64,000 bases of DNA from the NCBI GenBank assembly GCA_951406725.2, contig OX597814.1:35960001-36024000 (forward strand), read 5' to 3'. This DNA is from Octopus vulgaris. Taxonomy: Eukaryota. The translations under genes were made by a program, and so were the position numbers. Below, one piece after another: positions 36,354 to 48,712 of the stretch. The notes under the pieces were generated by a model that did not search any database, had not been told where the DNA came from, and worked only from the letters and a program-made list of their open reading frames with translations. Each line of letters begins with the position of its first letter. The first letter of the stretch is position 1.

Positions 36354-36573
36354 CCCTTTAGTGTTTAAACTGGCCATATCTGGTCCAGATATTCTACATG
36401 TTTTATATTCAAACTGGCCATATCTAACCTCTCACACCTAACCTATATTGACATTCTAAAAATAAACAATCACATCATTGAAACCCCAAAGCTATAAGAT
36501 AATGCTTGATTAATTCAAAACAATTTGAGTGAAAAAATATTACATTTAACAGAGTAGTCTGAACACTAAAGGG
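36354..36573. mobile_element. piggyBac-type MITE (degenerate second copy at ~38165-38358)
   Basis: TTAA TSD (36350-53, 36574-77) and 12-bp TIR CCCTTTAGTGTT / AACACTAAAGGG. Confidence 0.88.
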
Positions 36574-36761
36574 TTAAAGTCTAGAATATGGAGGGTAACA
36601 GGATTAAAAAACAAAACAACAAAAATAAATAAAAAGAAAGAAACGAAAGAAAACAGTAATGCAGAATAAACTTTTTTGGGGGTAAGCTTCATAATTAATA
36701 ACAATGAAAAACAATGCAAATAATATCATAGTCAACTAATGTCAAATAAAATTACTTGAAT

Positions 36762-36955
36762 TACTCTTTTACTCGTTTCAGTCATTTGACTGCAGCTATG
36801 CTGGAGCACCGCCTTTAGTTGAGCAAATCGACCCCAGGATTTATTCTTTGTAAGCCTAGTACTTATTCTATCAGTCTCTTTTGCCGAACTACTAAGTTAC
36901 AGGGATGTAAACACACCAGCATCGGTTGTCAAGCGATGTTGGGAGGACAAACACA

Positions 36956-36994
<39 letters not shown>

Positions 36995-37181
36995 ACATAT
37001 ATATACATATATACACACACATACATATATATACAACGGGGTTCTTTTCAGTTTCCGCCTACCAAATCCACTCACAAGGCTTTGGTCAGCCCGAGGCTAT
37101 AGTAGAAGAAACTTGCCCAAGGTGCCAAACAGTGGGACTGAACCCAGAACTATGTGGTTCGTAAGCAAGCTACTCCTGCAC
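36762..37181 (-). mobile_element. SINE family B copy
   Basis: Reverse complement of 43517-43988, internal (CA)n. Confidence 0.9.
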
Positions 37182-37494
37182 CGAAATTATAGAAAATTAT
37201 AGAAAATTTCTTTGTTGAATAATGCTTTTTGTGTCCTTTTGTGAGGTAAGAAGTAGTGGCCTATAAGTGGGCATGGGAAAAGCATTGGAATCTAGTGTTT
37301 GAAACATAAACTTTGTTGGTGGACAAGTTGAATGAAACACTGAGTAGAAACAGTAGTCCTTTAAAATCTTGAGCTAACCACATTCTCACAAGCAGTACAA
37401 CCCATGAATAATTTTGCTTTACTTCAATCAGATATAACATTAGTTATTTGACTACAAAACCGATGGATAAATGTTATTTTTTCTTTTACTTATG

Positions 37495-38150
37495 CGCCCT
37501 TTCCAGGCTCATGGGCCTGGTTTCCCAGTGTCTATGGCGTATGTGTTCACCGCAGCTGGATGGGACTCCAGTCCATCACAGCGTTAATCAAGAAACAGGA
37601 AGAGTGAGAGAAAGTTGGGTTGAAAGAGTTCAACAGGGGTTGCCACCACCCCCTGCTGGTGCCTCATGGAGCTTTAGGTGTTTCGCTCAATAAACACACA
37701 CAACGCCTGGTCCGGGAATCGAAACTGCAATCCTCTGACTGCGAGTCCACTGCCCTAACCACTGGGCCATTGTGCCTCCACGATGGATAAGTGTAACCCA
37801 TCCAATTTCCCAAGAAGAATTATTAGGTATAAGTCTTTGACCATTGAAGGCATATGGCTCACAATTATGAGGTAATGAGTTCGATTCCTGGACTGGGCTG
37901 CATGTTGTGTTCTTGAGCAAGACACCTTATTTCAATTTCTCCAGTTTACTCATTTACCAAAAATGAGTTGTGGCATCATTGGTGCCAAGCTGTATCGGCC
38001 TTTGCTTTTCACTTGGATAGCATCAGTAGCATAGAGAGGGGGGGATGGTATGCATGAATGACTTCCATAAACAACCTTGCCTGGATTTGTACTTTGGAGG
38101 GGAACGTTTTAGGTGTAATCCCATGGTTATTCATGACCAAAGGAGATCTT
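37495..38150. mobile_element. Head-to-head pair of tRNA-derived SINEs (37495-37781 minus; 37845-38150 plus)
   Basis: First matches the head and body of 50860-51232 with a family C tail; second matches 29185-29512. Confidence 0.82.
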
Positions 38151-38380
38151 TACTCTTCACTCTTTTATCCTTTAAGCCTTATCCAACCTAAATGTTCTAT
38201 GAGTTTTATGTTAAAACTGGCCAGATCTAGCCCCTCACACCTATCATACAATGTCATTCTAAAAATAGGCAATCACAGCATGAAAATCTCTTAATTCAAA
38301 ATGATGTGAATAAATGATCATTACATTTACAAGAGTAATCGGAATGCTAAAGCATTGATCAACTATAATTCTAAATGATA

Positions 38381-38683
38381 TACATTATTTACATTTGACA
38401 GATATTTGTCCTCATCTTGTTTGTTGTTAACACAACATTTCAGCTGATATACCCTCCAGCCATCATCAGGTGTCTTGGGGAAATTTCAAACCTGGGTTCT
38501 CATTCCTAAGGTATTTTTCGATGTTATTATTATTATTATTATTATTATTCAGGTCACTGCCTGGAATCGAACTCGGAATCTTGGGGTTAGTAGCCCGCGC
38601 TCTTAACCACTACACTATATGTCCGTCAAATGTAAATAATATAAATAATGTACATAATTCCTCATCTCTTAAATATGGAACTG
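38381..38683 (-). mobile_element. tRNA-headed, hammerhead-bearing short retroelement with an inverted copy of its 3' end
   Basis: Minus strand: tRNA-like head (~38551-38620; gtgtagtggttaag, gagttcgattcc), (AAT)n linker, GACAC-CUGAUGA-uGGCUG..CAGCU-GAAA-UG-UU-GUGUU (38429-38474). 38622-38683 on + is the element's 3' end inverted. Second copy at 62184-62545. Confidence 0.75.
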
Positions 38684-39192
38684 AATTCCATATGAGTCTA
38701 TCATTGACACATCAGGTAGTTTCTGGTTGTTGAGAAACTTGCTAGAATAATTCAGATTTTTTTTACTTACTTTTTTAATATTTGAATCAGTCTTACAAAA
38801 CATATTCACAATTTCATCATTGTGCAGTTATTGGATGATTCATTCATTGAGCCTTATTGTTTGGGACAAGTAACTCTCTTTCACAGTCATTGTTGCAGAT
38901 GTTCTTAATGCTAGGAAATACTTCAGTTTTTAAACCCTCAAATAGTGACTGAGTTAATTTCAGCCATAGATACATTTCTATTTTGATTTGGGTTTCAAAA
39001 GTCTTCTAGCACTGTAAGTTATGTGGTGAGCTATTCTGCATTTATACATGCTTGCACCCCCTACACACATGCACACACATATACACATACATATATACAA
39101 ATACATTATGCTAAGTACATATGAAATTAAGTATTACATTTTTTCTTTTACACACACCTCACATAGACACATGTATATCTAAACATACATAC

Positions 39193-39607
39193 ATCATCAT
39201 TGTCATCATCATCATCATCATTATCCTTTAACGTCTATTTTCCATGCTGGTATGGGTTGGACGGTTTGACTAAGGTCTGGAGAGCCAGTGGCTGCACCAG
39301 GCTCCAATCTGATCTGGCAATGTTTCTCCAGCTGGATGCCTGTCCTAACGCCAACCATTCCGAGAGTGTAGTGGGTGCTTTTTACATACCACTAGTACAG
39401 GAGCCAGTCAGGTGGGCCTGGTATCAACCCTGTTTTGATAGTGCTTTTTATGTGCCAACAGCATGGGAGTCAGTCAGTGGGTACTGACATCGGCCATGTT
39501 CAGATGGTGCTTTTTATGTGCCACCAGCCTGGAGCCAGTCAGGCAGCCCTGGCATCGATCATGTTCAGATAGTACATTTTATCTGCCATCAGCATGAGAG
39601 CCAGTCA
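39193..39607 (-). mobile_element. SINE family A copy with about four internal repeat units
   Basis: (CAT)n tail and repeated gtgcttttta..gcca..agc..ggagccagtca units. Confidence 0.87.
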
Positions 39608-40155
39608 TGCTTATACAAGCACACATGCATACACACACGTGTGTGCATGTGCGTGCATGTGTGTGTGTGTGCATATGTGTGTAAAGAGAAGAATTATAAA
39701 ACAATAAACTTGGTAAAGTAGCTGGATAGAATGAAAAATCAGGAAAATATAAAGATATACCTTATTGTACAATTATTGAATTTGTTTAGTTCAACAGATG
39801 TGGAGAAATTCGTAAATTTTTCTAGCTTGTCTTTGAGTTTCCAGAGCTGAAGAAATAATACATGTCTGTGCTAAGTTCTTTACCGGGAATGGTAAGAGTA
39901 AACCGATAATAGAATTAAGACTAGTTAGGCAATGAAGGGAGAAAGAAATTATAGCTATCAATGTATTGTGTGTAAGTTCAGTTTATTAGTAGAGTAAATT
40001 CTCTTTCTTTTTCTCTTCCTCTTCTTTGTAACCTACTCCTTCAGACACACTTTGTTTATCTCACTCATCTCCTTCACTCACTCTTTCAAAATATTTATGT
40101 GTGTGTGAATGTGTATATGCATACATACATACGTGTGTGTGTGTATGTGTATGTA

Positions 40156-40200
<45 letters not shown>

Positions 40201-40202
<2 letters not shown>

Positions 40203-40485
40203 CATCATCCTATTCATCATGGTCTTTTAATGTCCATTTTCCATACTGGCATGGATTGGACTGTTTTAAAGGTTTCAATGCATCAGAGGACTGTGTTGTG
40301 CTCCAATGTCTAGTTTGGCATAATTTCTAAGAAGGGCAGCCATTTGTAGAAACCTTGCCAAAGCAGACACTGGAGCAAAACATTGTCCTCTGGCCCACTT
40401 GATCTTATCAAACCAACCTACCCACACCGTTAAATTCAGATATTAAAATATGATGATAATTATGATGATGATAATGAAGATGATT
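40201..40485. mobile_element. Fold-back of two opposed family A 3' fragments
   Basis: gaggactgtgttgtgctccaatgtctagtttggcataatttcta vs tagaaaccttgccaaagcagacactggagcaaaacattgtcctc; (CAT)n on the left, (GAT)n on the right. Confidence 0.7.
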
Positions 40486-40892
40486 TGTGTGTGTGTGTGT
40501 GTGTGTCTTATGCACATACTCGATGTTCTCATCACCATTATTGTCCTTTTGCCATCTTCCTTCTATGTCAAGTTGAGTTGCATGGATCACCACAGCCCCA
40601 GTCATTTCTTACTAGGAAGTGTTAAGAAGGTATATTGATATTTTATCTTAACAATCTGAAGATTGATTTCTAACTAATGGAAACTGCTCTGTAACACCCA
40701 GATTCTGAGCTGCCATGTATGCCAGTCCCTAGATATGCTTCTATTTAGAGAAAACTGTTTAGTGTAATAAACAAAGAATTTTTTCTAATTCCTTAATGAT
40801 TCTGTCATTCTACAGTTCTATAACAGCCAGCCATGTAGCCAGCCGATTGCAACTGGGGGCACTATCTTGATAGCTAAGGGTGATGAACAGAA

Positions 40893-41345
40893 GCACGGAC
40901 AAAAGTGTGAAAGTGGACAAAAGCCCCATGCTTATATTTTTCTTTTATTTGTTTTCGTTTTTTTTTTTTTCACATTTCTTGATGCTTAGCCTGGTCAAAA
41001 CTTCTGATATATTTAGTTTTTATTTTCCTTTTACTTGTTGCAGTCATTAAACTGAGGCCATGCTGGGGCACCATCTCGAAGAATTTTTAGTCGAATGCAT
41101 CAACTCCAATATTTTTTTAAATGATTTTCAACAAGCACATAGTTAAGCCTAAAATGTCTTTCAACATGCTAGAGATAACAGCCAAATCTTTAAACTTTAT
41201 TTTTATAAATTTCAAATAAACAAAAATGAAAACCATGGTTGTAAAAAAAACCCAAACACTTACATACTTTAACTACGGAGTAGGGTTTGTTTGAGGGGCT
41301 CTTGTCTTAAGGGGCTTTTTTCCTAAGAGACTTTTGACCAGCTCT
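40893..41345. mobile_element. Possible Mutator-type MITE
   Basis: Subrepeated ends ggacaaaag..ggacaaaagcccc and ggggctcttgtc..ggggctttttcc..cttttgacc; contains a SINE B tail fragment. Confidence 0.4.
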
Positions 41346-41899
41346 AATTTACCCACGTTTTCATATCACTAACTACTAAATCAAAAGAAATTTGATTTAT
41401 TGCATCTTTAACGACTTCAGATATTGCTTATGAGAAAAAAGAAGGTGGCAACAATGTATTATTTCAAAAGTGTATAAAACAAATTCTCATACTGGGGTGG
41501 GGCTGAGATTCTAACGGGGGGGGGATATTCTAACTAGGGGTGCTGAGCACCCCATAGTTCCCCCTGTGGCTATGTGCCTTTTAAGCTAGTATTACCATCT
41601 TAACAATGACAAAAATATTTTACTAAATTAAAGAGTAGAATGTAAAATTTCCTGTAAGTTTGACTGTCTCATGGTCCCGGCAGACAAAAAGAAAAAGTGT
41701 TGCCCCAGAGGATGGTGAAGGAGTTGCACTGAAACAGCCACTCTGACCCACAGACCTCATGCATGCGGGTAGCCACTTCCACCTCAACAGTAGTGAACAA
41801 GACACATATCTGTCTTTATAAGGAAACAATAATGTACTGACTAGGGACTTAATACTCTGATGCAAATGATTTAGATAAGGACAAACATCAGAAAAGGTT

Positions 41900-42870
41900 A
41901 AAAAGTAGGAGACAAAATGAAAACAGTATTCTAAAATATACTAAATGAATATAATAGAGATAAAAGGAAAGCCCCACCATGGTCTTTATCCTACTAAATT
42001 GAACAGGGAGGAAGCAAGCGAAAGTGAAAGCCAACAAATGTTGAAAATTATTGGGATAATAGTAGAAACAGAGGGTCTGATGTTAGCTGCACTTGACCAA
42101 TACTGACTCAAAGGTAATTGTTAAAACCATATAATTAAAAGGATGCATTCCTCAGAGGTTGTCTTCACAAGGAAATAACTCATTGTATCATTTCTGGTTG
42201 CTTAGTTTTTACTAAGTCTGAGTATATTCATTGATGAAGTTAAGTTGGCAGATATAGTCACTTGGTAATATATTGATACTTCAATGTAAAATGGACAAGA
42301 AGTGATAAACAAGTACCTGTCACTGAGCCTGTCCAGAGGGACAGAGGTATCAAGGCAAATCTTTCAGCTATAATTATCAGGAGCTAGAATGAAAATTTTT
42401 GTATTCTGATAGACATTTCGATCTTTTGTGACCACCTAGACTGAGGTGGAAAAATATGAGGATCTGCAAATAAAATTAAGCTGGAAGAATTGGGATAAAA
42501 GCTAAAACAGTACTAATAATCGTATATAATTGATGTACATGGCTAGAAATTTTGAGAAGCGGGGTCAGTTGACTAATTTGTCAGCAGTACTTGGATGGTC
42601 TTTTATTTTATTGGATCTGAAAGGATGGAAAGCAAAGTTCATTTAAAGTCAGAACAGAAAGAGCTAAAACAAATGCTACAAGGTATTTTATCCAAGGCTC
42701 TAATGAGTCTGCTGATTTCTTATGTGAAAACTGTGCTTGTAATAATACTAGCTATGATAAAAAAGAACACAAGTAAAGCATAAAAAGACTACCAGAATTC
42801 ACAGGTCTGCATAGCTTAAAAATAGCTCTGCTAGCCACACCCCACATCTTACAATGACACTTTCACTTCC
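41900..42870 (+). mobile_element. Second R4/Dong-type LINE relic (C-terminal CCHC/RLE region) interrupted by a SINE D fragment
   Basis: ETEGLMLAALDQ, IISGCLVFTKSEYIH..VGRYSH, EKYEDLQIK, LAMIKK..KIALLATPHIL; SINE-like piece at ~42545-42715 on minus. Confidence 0.7.
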
Positions 42871-43516
42871 ATAGCATATATGAAACAATGCTCTCTACAT
42901 TCAAAATATATCTTATACAATAACTAGTCAATTAAATAAAACACACTTTACATAATTATTATTCGATAACACAGCATGTATTTTATGCAATCACCAGGGT
43001 TAATAGATGGTGAGTAGTGGCATTTTAACTCACTGCAATGATGTGGCCTCACACAAAACTTCCACAGAAAAAAATGACAATGGAATGTATACCACGAGTG
43101 GGCAACCTTTATAGGAAATTCTCTTAAATGTGGTTGAAATCTTTATTGGTGTCAAATGCAACAACTATGCAATCACTATAGTTTTCAAGATTTAGGGACT
43201 TCTGAAGAGTGACATATGGGAGCAAATTTCCGATAGATAACTCTCTCCCTGTCCGTATCTCTCTCACTTTCTGTTTCTTGCAAAACAAAATATTAATTAT
43301 CACAAATGTATACTGTTGTGACTGATAATGACAACTACAGCAACAAGACAATGACTGCATACTAACATTCATTATGAACTTAATTCATTAAAACAAACTT
43401 TACTTTTCTTTAATAGTCAACATTAAAACAATATTCAGTTATGTTCACTATTCAATAAAATCAAGTAGTAACACTTAACTGAATATATATTAACAGATGC
43501 GTTAATATATATTAAT

Positions 43517-43682
43517 AGGCGTAGGAGTGACTGTGTGGTAAGTAGCTTGCTTGCGAACCACATGGTTTCAGGTTCAGTCCCACTGTGTGACACCTTGGGC
43601 AAGTGTCTTCTACTATAGCCTTGAGTTGACCAAAGCCTTGTGAGTGGATTTGGTAGACAGAAACTGAAAGAAGCCCATCGTA

Positions 43683-43769
<87 letters not shown>

Positions 43770-43988
43770 GTATGTGTGTGTGTCTGTGTTTGTGCCCCCA
43801 ATATCGCTTGACAACCGATGCTGATGTGTTTACGTCCTTATAAATCAGCGGTTCGGAAAAAGAGACCAATAGAATAAGTACTAGGCTTACAAAGAATAAG
43901 TCCTGGGGTTGATTTGCTTGATTGACTAAAGGCGGTGCTCTAGCATGGCCACAGTCAAATGACTGAAACAAGTAAAAGAGTAAAAGAG
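43517..43988 (+). mobile_element. Full-length tRNA-derived SINE family B
   Basis: Head ggcgtaggagtgactgtgtggtaag..ggttcagtccc, internal (TA)n, tail (gtaaaaga)n. Confidence 0.92.
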
Positions 43989-44936
43989 ATGCTGAGAGAT
44001 ACTTGATGGCCAAGTAAATAAAACACCAGGCAAAATGTTTTGTAGTATTCAGTTACATACTTTTTATATTGTGAGTTCAAATCTTACTAGAATTTCATCC
44101 TTTCAAGTTGGATAAAACAATTATTTCCAGTGAAGTACAGAAATTGATTTAATTGGCTACATTCTTCCTTCAAAAATTTGTGACATTGATCCTATGTTTA
44201 AAAATCCTATCAATGCATGCAGAAACTATTGAGGTTATAACTGATGTATACATTATGTGTCTACATAGTTTCTGAAGAATGCTTTGAAGAGAGTTAAGAA
44301 ACTCTTGAACTGAAGCAATATTTCATACAAAAAAAAAATTTGATAGTTTTATAGAAAGCAACGAAGGAAATAGGAGTAGACGAGCATATTCTCTAAATTT
44401 CAAAATTTCTTCTATGTTCTATTCACTACTTCCTATTAGGAACTTATCTTTCAACTTCGACTGAATTTTGAAAATATATTTTCTTAACTTTATTTTTCAG
44501 TCTCGTTTGCATGATGTTCTCTATTTCTACAATGTCTTTTGAATGCATTTCTCTATAGAAGCATTGAACTGTACATAGAAAATGCTTTTATTTAGAATCT
44601 CCTAGATATTTGTGTTTGTCTTTTTCTCATATTTCCTTATGTATATTTACATATGTATTAACATGACGACATGGGGGGGGGGGGGGCAGCTATATTAACA
44701 CACTTGTAAAAATGCCAAAATTCATACTTAAATGAAAATAAATTTGAAATATAAGGTACTCTGATTCAAACGTTTCATCGATCAGCCAAACCTTTCAGTT
44801 CAAAACTATTGATAAAAAAAAATTTTAATAGAAATTTTAAGAAAGAAAAAAATAGAAACGACTCACATGCATTGAGAGTTCAAGAAATGGCTGAATGTTT
44901 TGATGTCACATTTATTTTGCAAACATGCACACACAC

Positions 44937-45014
<78 letters not shown>

Positions 45015-45212
45015 TTAATAAGAAATTTGATAGAAATAATATATTACCTGAGGAAATCATTGCAGTATTTAATTTTCTTACTTTATATGTCAAGTACTTT
45101 GTCTTTTTTATTAGAGAATTAACTAAACAAATACCAGTAAGACATTGCTATCAATTTAGTTGACTATAACTATATGAAACTAGATGACATACACACACAG
45201 ACACACACACGT

Positions 45213-45277
<65 letters not shown>

Positions 45278-45606
45278 CACATTCACATATAAGTAGGTGA
45301 AGAGGCTAAATCAAATATATGAATGCACATATGTGTGTATGCATGTGTATACAAATATATGCGGTTGTTTTTTGTATGTACAGGCACAGAAAAGACACAC
45401 ACATATATGCACTATGCATGTACACACACAAACACACACACTTACGCACACACACACATTCTATGGAATAGTTTGGAAATGGAGTAAAAGAGAATTTAAA
45501 ATGTTATTACACATTTTACATGTATACATTGAAAGGCTTTTATTCATTGCAGTTAGAATACATGTGTAGCTCATGATCAAATGCAAAACATTTGAGTAAA
45601 ACTTAC

Positions 45607-45650
45607 CATCTTAGTTTTGACATGATGCCTATTATATTCAAAGCAGCCTT
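45607..45650 (-). other. Candidate 44-nt exon ending ATG|GTAAGT
   Basis: Minus strand attctatttag | aaggctgc...aagatg | gtaagttt; one frame ends in phase 0 (..HHVKTKM), compatible with joining 13955-13991. Confidence 0.3.
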
Positions 45651-45739
45651 CTAAATAGAATTCATGGAATGAATATAAACAACAACAGCAACAACAAAAA
45701 CAGCAGCAGCAACAACATCAATAACAACTATAACAATTA

Positions 45740-46094
45740 TTCTATCTATTAAATGCACAAAGCCTGAAATTTGGTGAGTGGGGACTATTCGATTACGTTG
45801 ACCCTAGTGTTTCACTGGGACTTAATTTGTCACCCCTAAAAAGATGAAATGAATAATAATAATAATGATGGTAATGATAATCCTTTCTACTAAAGGCTCA
45901 AGGCCTGAAATTTGGTGGCAGGGGACTAGCAGATTACATCGACCCCAGTGTTTCACTGGTACTTAATTCATTGACCCTGAAAAGATAAAAGGCAGTGTCG
46001 ACCTCAGTGGAATTTGAACTCAGGACATAGTGGCAGATAAAATACCACTAAGCATTTCGCTCAGCATGCTAATGATTATGCCAACTCACTGCCT
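45740..46094 (-). mobile_element. SINE family D monomers (partial ~45740-45852; near full ~45880-46094) in (AAT)n context
   Basis: gattacatcgaccccagtg..ggtacttaatt..gtcgacctc..gaatttgaactcag is the reverse complement of the array unit. Confidence 0.8.
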
Positions 46095-46131
46095 AAATGA
46101 TAATAATAATGATAATAATAATAATATGAAG

Positions 46132-46346
46132 AAGAGCGCTCAGAGAGTGCCAACCTTCACCAAGGCAACACCAAGGTCCTCTCAATTATTAGCCAGAATT
46201 GATTTTTAAAATGAGAGTATCTGAAATGAACTCAACTGCTCTCACAAATGAGAATACTAAAAATGAACCAGACCGCTCTCAAAAGTTAAGTAAAAAAAAA
46301 ATGGAAAAATAATTCAGAATCCTTGTCCGGTGCCTGATCGATCCCA
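46132..46346 (+). mobile_element. Possible Helentron-associated non-autonomous element end
   Basis: aagagcgctcagagagtgccaaccttcaccaagg resembles the hairpin plus subterminal acctccgccaagg motif of such elements; the other end was not found. Confidence 0.35.
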
Positions 46347-46732
46347 ATGGTAGTCATGGAATGTGAAGGTGGCTGTAGAAAATGTAGTAACAGTCATAAA
46401 TAGTTTATCCTTATATAATACAAGCCAAAGTTAACAGATTTACCATTCAAACTAGTTTCAAAGGCAGAGGTAATAATAATAAGTTTAAATGAATAGCATG
46501 AGACCATTTGGTTTTCTCTTCTCTTAAATTTCAGCCTTCTTTTAGTATCCCTGTTGTTTTAGATCTGCAAGGTCATGTGCTGTTTATCTTGATATGAGAT
46601 CACTATGTCACACACACATGGTTGTGATGCATATGCCTAGTATACACTTATCAGACACTTATATTGGGTATACCAGGCTTCGTATATTTGTACCTCAGTG
46701 TCACTTTGATGGCATGCACTGCTCTCTCACTC

Positions 46733-46734
<2 letters not shown>

Positions 46735-46813
<79 letters not shown>

Positions 46814-46853
46814 GATGATGATGATGATGATGATGATGATAATAATAATAATA
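46735..46853. repeat. (AAT)n/(GAT)n microsatellite
   Basis: Direct inspection. Confidence 0.97.
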
Positions 46854-46854
46854 A

Positions 46855-47588
46855 GGTTAACAGATAACAACACCTTATGTAGGTGAAGACCTTCTTTAGC
46901 CTGGGGTGCTGGTGTTTCTCCTTTCCCTATCCATTGTCTTCTGCAATTGTCATTTTTATAGAGAACCCACTTCACATCATTGATCTAAAAATGGTTCATT
47001 CGTGAGACGTGAGAGCAAAGAAAAGCACACATGCGATTAGGCTCAGAAAGTTTGTAAGGAACCCATTGAACCAATTTTCTGACTTTTCCAATGCACACAG
47101 GCGTTGATGAATGGTTGAATGACCAGATCTGAGCCTCTCTGCTTGTTCCTCAACAGTTACGATGGGATGTGTTCCACCAGGTTTTGTGGGACATCCACAT
47201 CAAGCTCTACAGATCTTCCAGGATGAGGCTCATCTTCTAGGCTGTAGTCTCTGTCTCGGAATTTCTGGAACCCCCGTTGACACTGGCTTATGCTTATTGT
47301 TCGATTCCCATATACTGCATTAATATTTTTTACACTTTCCATTACATTGTTGCCTTTATTGAATTCACAAAACAAAATATGCTAAATATGCACCTTTGTC
47401 ACTTCCATTTATAGCTCTGAAAAAATTACTGTTAAAATCGAACAACAAAATTTGCACTAAGCATAAGACAAAGTTAAAATTACTACCTGCTTTTATAGCA
47501 AGCTGACGCAGTTAGTTTATCCCGTCCCCCTCTGACTTTTAGTTTATGCAACCGAAAAAAACCGCATTATTTATGGAATGACCCAATA
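46855..47588 (-). mobile_element. 3'-truncated mariner transposon relic
   Basis: TIR tattgggtcattccataaataatgcgg at right end; FQKFRDRDYSLEDEPHPGR, WVPYKLSE, KWVLYKN..RQW..LHLHKVLLSV. Confidence 0.88.
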
Positions 47589-48461
47589 TTTGCTTTAATG
47601 TGGAAAAAAGTAGCATATATCTTTAAAATAACTTTTCCCTGTCTGGTATATCATTTATTCATTAGAACTAACAGTTCATCCTACCTCTGTATTTGCTGCT
47701 ACCTTTATGTATGTTAAACACATGTATATATAGATATTTTATTTTATAAATTAGTATTATTAAGTAAACAGTATTTCAATTCATTTATCTTATTAACTAT
47801 ATAAGCTCCAAAGTACGACTTTAATTTTTTATAATAATATTTTGCATTTATATTTCTGAAATTAATTATTATTAGAATTGAAAACATTGATTGAACTGAT
47901 TAACCTCTTTTTTCATCTTTCTACCAACATTGAAAGAAATTAAAATGATGAGAATGTAATTTTGAAATGTCAAACAAAATGATAAGGTTAAATTTATTGT
48001 CAACTTGGTCATTGCATTGCTATTTTCCTCAAATCACATATGCTTGAGTTGAAAAACAATTTGAAAGATCAAGGCAATGGTCTTTTGGTATTTCATAGGT
48101 ACTGTATGGCTTTTATAGCAATCCATTTTTACCATTCTTGTCTCAGCTCACCAAATTGGTGATTGTTATTATATACAACTAAACAGTCTAATTAACAACA
48201 GAACTTTTAATTAACAAATGTTGTTGTTGCATTGTTTAAATGTAGGTCAGCTCTGATTGAGCAGGCTTATGATCTAAGGCATTCCAATCTTGACTACACC
48301 ATTCTCTTCTTGTGAATTGCACATCTATGACTCCATCGCACAATGTTTCTCTCCATTTCAAAACTATAGAATATAATGTGTAGAAGAATAAGTTGTAATT
48401 CCTAAAGGTGGTAAGCCAGCAGAATCGCTAGCATGCCAGACAAAATGCCACTTAGCATTTT

Positions 48462-48712
48462 GTGGAGGCATGTGGGTTAGTGGTTAGGGCGTTGGATTCA
48501 TGACCATAAGGTTGTGGTTTTGATTCCTGGACTGGGCAACATATGTTTCTTGAGCAAGACACTTCATTTCATGTTGCTCCAATCCACTCAGCTGGCAAAA
48601 ATGAGTAATCCTGCAATGGACCAGTTCCCCATCCAAGTAGGGAATATACACAGCATGGAAACCAAGGAAACTGGTCCTATGAGTCTATATGACACAAAAG
48701 GGAACTTTACTT
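48462..48712 (+). mobile_element. SINE family C copy
   Basis: gtggaggcatgtgggttagtggttaggg..gattcctggac..ttcttgagcaagacacttcatttc. Confidence 0.85.

Noticed and set aside
38551-38620. Functional tRNA gene (also SINE heads at 43517, 50860, 29185)
   Set aside because: A and B boxes are present but acceptor and T stems pair poorly, and each head continues into a dispersed repeat body.
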